From positions 6,696,001 through 6,760,000 of the forward strand of contig JBHGNT010000005.1 of NCBI GenBank assembly GCA_043228905.1: a DNA stretch of 64,000 bases, in the 5' to 3' direction. This DNA is from Azolla caroliniana (lineage: Eukaryota > Plantae > Polypodiophyta). Shown piece by piece: positions 62,394 to 64,000 of the stretch. The position numbers and the translations under genes are program-made. The notes beneath the pieces were generated by a model. That model ran no database searches, was not told the origin of the DNA, and saw nothing but the letters and a program-made list of their open reading frames with translations. Positions within the stretch are counted from its first letter, which is position 1; every line of letters begins with the position of its first letter.

Positions 62394-62451
62394 TATGTAC
62401 GTAAGCATATAAATATTAAATTATTATATATAAGCTTCGTTTAGAACAAAC

Positions 62452-62973
62452 CTGAGATTTTGTTGAGCAAATGTGATGATGTTAATCTTCTTCTTTGCAA
62501 CAAATTTTGGTGTCTCTGTGTTACTTCTGCAAACCCTACCCATGGTTTTTTGTCTATTAGAATGAAGAAGAGTGGAAAGAGGATTGCTATCATAAGGATT
62601 ATTAATTATGGTGTCATTTCCTTTGTCTAAGTTATGAACCTTTTTGCAAAGATGAAGGATTAAGTCCCGAGGAGAGAAGGTGTGGTTTTGTAGGAAATGC
62701 TTAAGCTCTTCAGAAACAGATGTGGAAGAAGAAGAAGAAACAAAAGAAGGTCGGTAGTGGATACGAGTTGCTGATCTGGCATAAGTTTGTTTATGACTTC
62801 CTGAGCTTTTATTGAATAAAGATTTGTTGATGGAAATGTCTAAAAGAATCTCATCTTGCCATGAATAGAAGAACGGAATGTGTACAGAAGAAAAAGTGGA
62901 TGATAATGGTGATGGAGCCAAAAAAGGAACAATGAATGAAGGTGAAGATGAACCATATGAAGGAACAACAGAA

Positions 62974-63013
<40 letters not shown>

Positions 63014-63203
63014 TTGTTGTTGTTGTCTGATCCTCATACATTAGATACGACAAGCTTCTGAGCTCGTCTTGGATAAATCCTCGCAAGTCCAAAATGTGGA
63101 TTATATCTGCGACCAAAATCTCTTTTTGATTTTTCTCTGTTGGTTCCTCTTTTTCTTCTTCTTCTTCTTTTTCATCTATCCCTGTATTGACCCACGCCTC
63201 CAT
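62452..63203 (-). CDS. C2H2 zinc-finger gene, putative coding exon 1 (poly-E, poly-T/S)
   Basis: 259-aa ORF in AT-rich DNA; AG|GTTTG donor at 62451 in phase 2, matching the phase-2 exon at 51948. Confidence 0.65.
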
Positions 63204-64000
63204 ACCATTAAACTTAAAACGAGTCTGTATAATTTAAGAAACCACATTGATCTGGCGCAGAAGAAGAAGAAGAAGAAGAAGAAAATAACCATGTTAAGAA
63301 ACTGTTTGAACTAAAAACATGCACAGATGAAGAAGATGGAAAGATGGAAAACGAAGTATGAAGGTGAAGAAGAAAACGCCTTGTCTGATGCAGAATATTC
63401 TCAATTATGTTAAGAAAACATCCACATATATATACAGAGGACGAAGAACAAGAAATGCTTGATTAGTCAAAGAAACCGTGGGCATACACAAGAAGAAGAA
63501 GAAGAAGAAGAAGAAGAAGAAGAAAGGCTCCATTATGCTAAGGAAAGCATGGACATACACGGAAGAAGAAAACGCTTTAACATGAATCAATCCACGACTT
63601 CGCACCATTTAACCTTAAAAGGCAACTATTTCCTGGCAAATCTATCTGTATGTAAACGCAGAAGAGAAAGGAGGAGACCGAAGAAGACGCATTATGTGGG
63701 AGGAGCGGCCTTACGCTTCGTACCTCGGCCTGCTGTTCTCCTCCATGCACCTCCTGCATCTGCACCTGCATCAGCACCTCCCATGTTTCTGTGTTCTTCT
63801 TCTTCCGCCTCCTTTCGTTTTTCTTTGTGAAGAAGCGCTGAGGACAAAGAACACTAAGTAGTCCTTTGTGGGGGAAGAACCAATAAAAGCATCAACATAT
63901 GTATGTATGTACATACATATATATACATATGTTACTATGTACATATGCATTAAGATGTTGCATAATTCAATCAATCAATCAATCAATCAATCATCCACAT

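Noticed and set aside
62840-63037. Poly-His ORF
   Set aside because: It is an alternative frame of the (TCA)n poly-Ser tract in the 259-aa exon.

Overview
AT-rich, TE-dense plant nuclear DNA. A non-seed vascular plant such as a fern is likely; this is inferred from the PLS-PPR style, a Tcn1-like chromovirus remnant and 8-10 kb TE-filled introns. Host genes: (1) a small, divergent thaumatin-like gene whose signal-peptide exon looks damaged; (2) prefoldin subunit 4, with 3 exons and an 8.1-kb intron; (3) an intronless PLS-E class PPR gene; (4) a 6-exon, ~606-aa protein with two C2H2 fingers that the ORF track shows only in pieces. The rest is nested TEs: hAT-type MITEs with 8-bp TSDs, a solo LTR, LINE 3' fragments, several Copia remnants and a near-complete 10.5-kb non-chromovirus Gypsy element (32645-43150, TSD AAGAG). 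The most striking signal is in that Gypsy element. It has no polypurine tract; instead there are tRNA-Arg primer-binding sites in opposite orientations next to both LTRs, and the 3' one extends into the tRNA T-arm. This suggests tRNA priming of both DNA strands, or self-priming. Other highlights: a hAT MITE carrying a rhamnogalacturonan lyase fragment, a decayed Bro-N-like ORF, a convergent double-tRNA-like repeat tied to (GA)n tracts, and a templated 253-bp triplication in pol. All family assignments are by eye and from memory; no searches were run.
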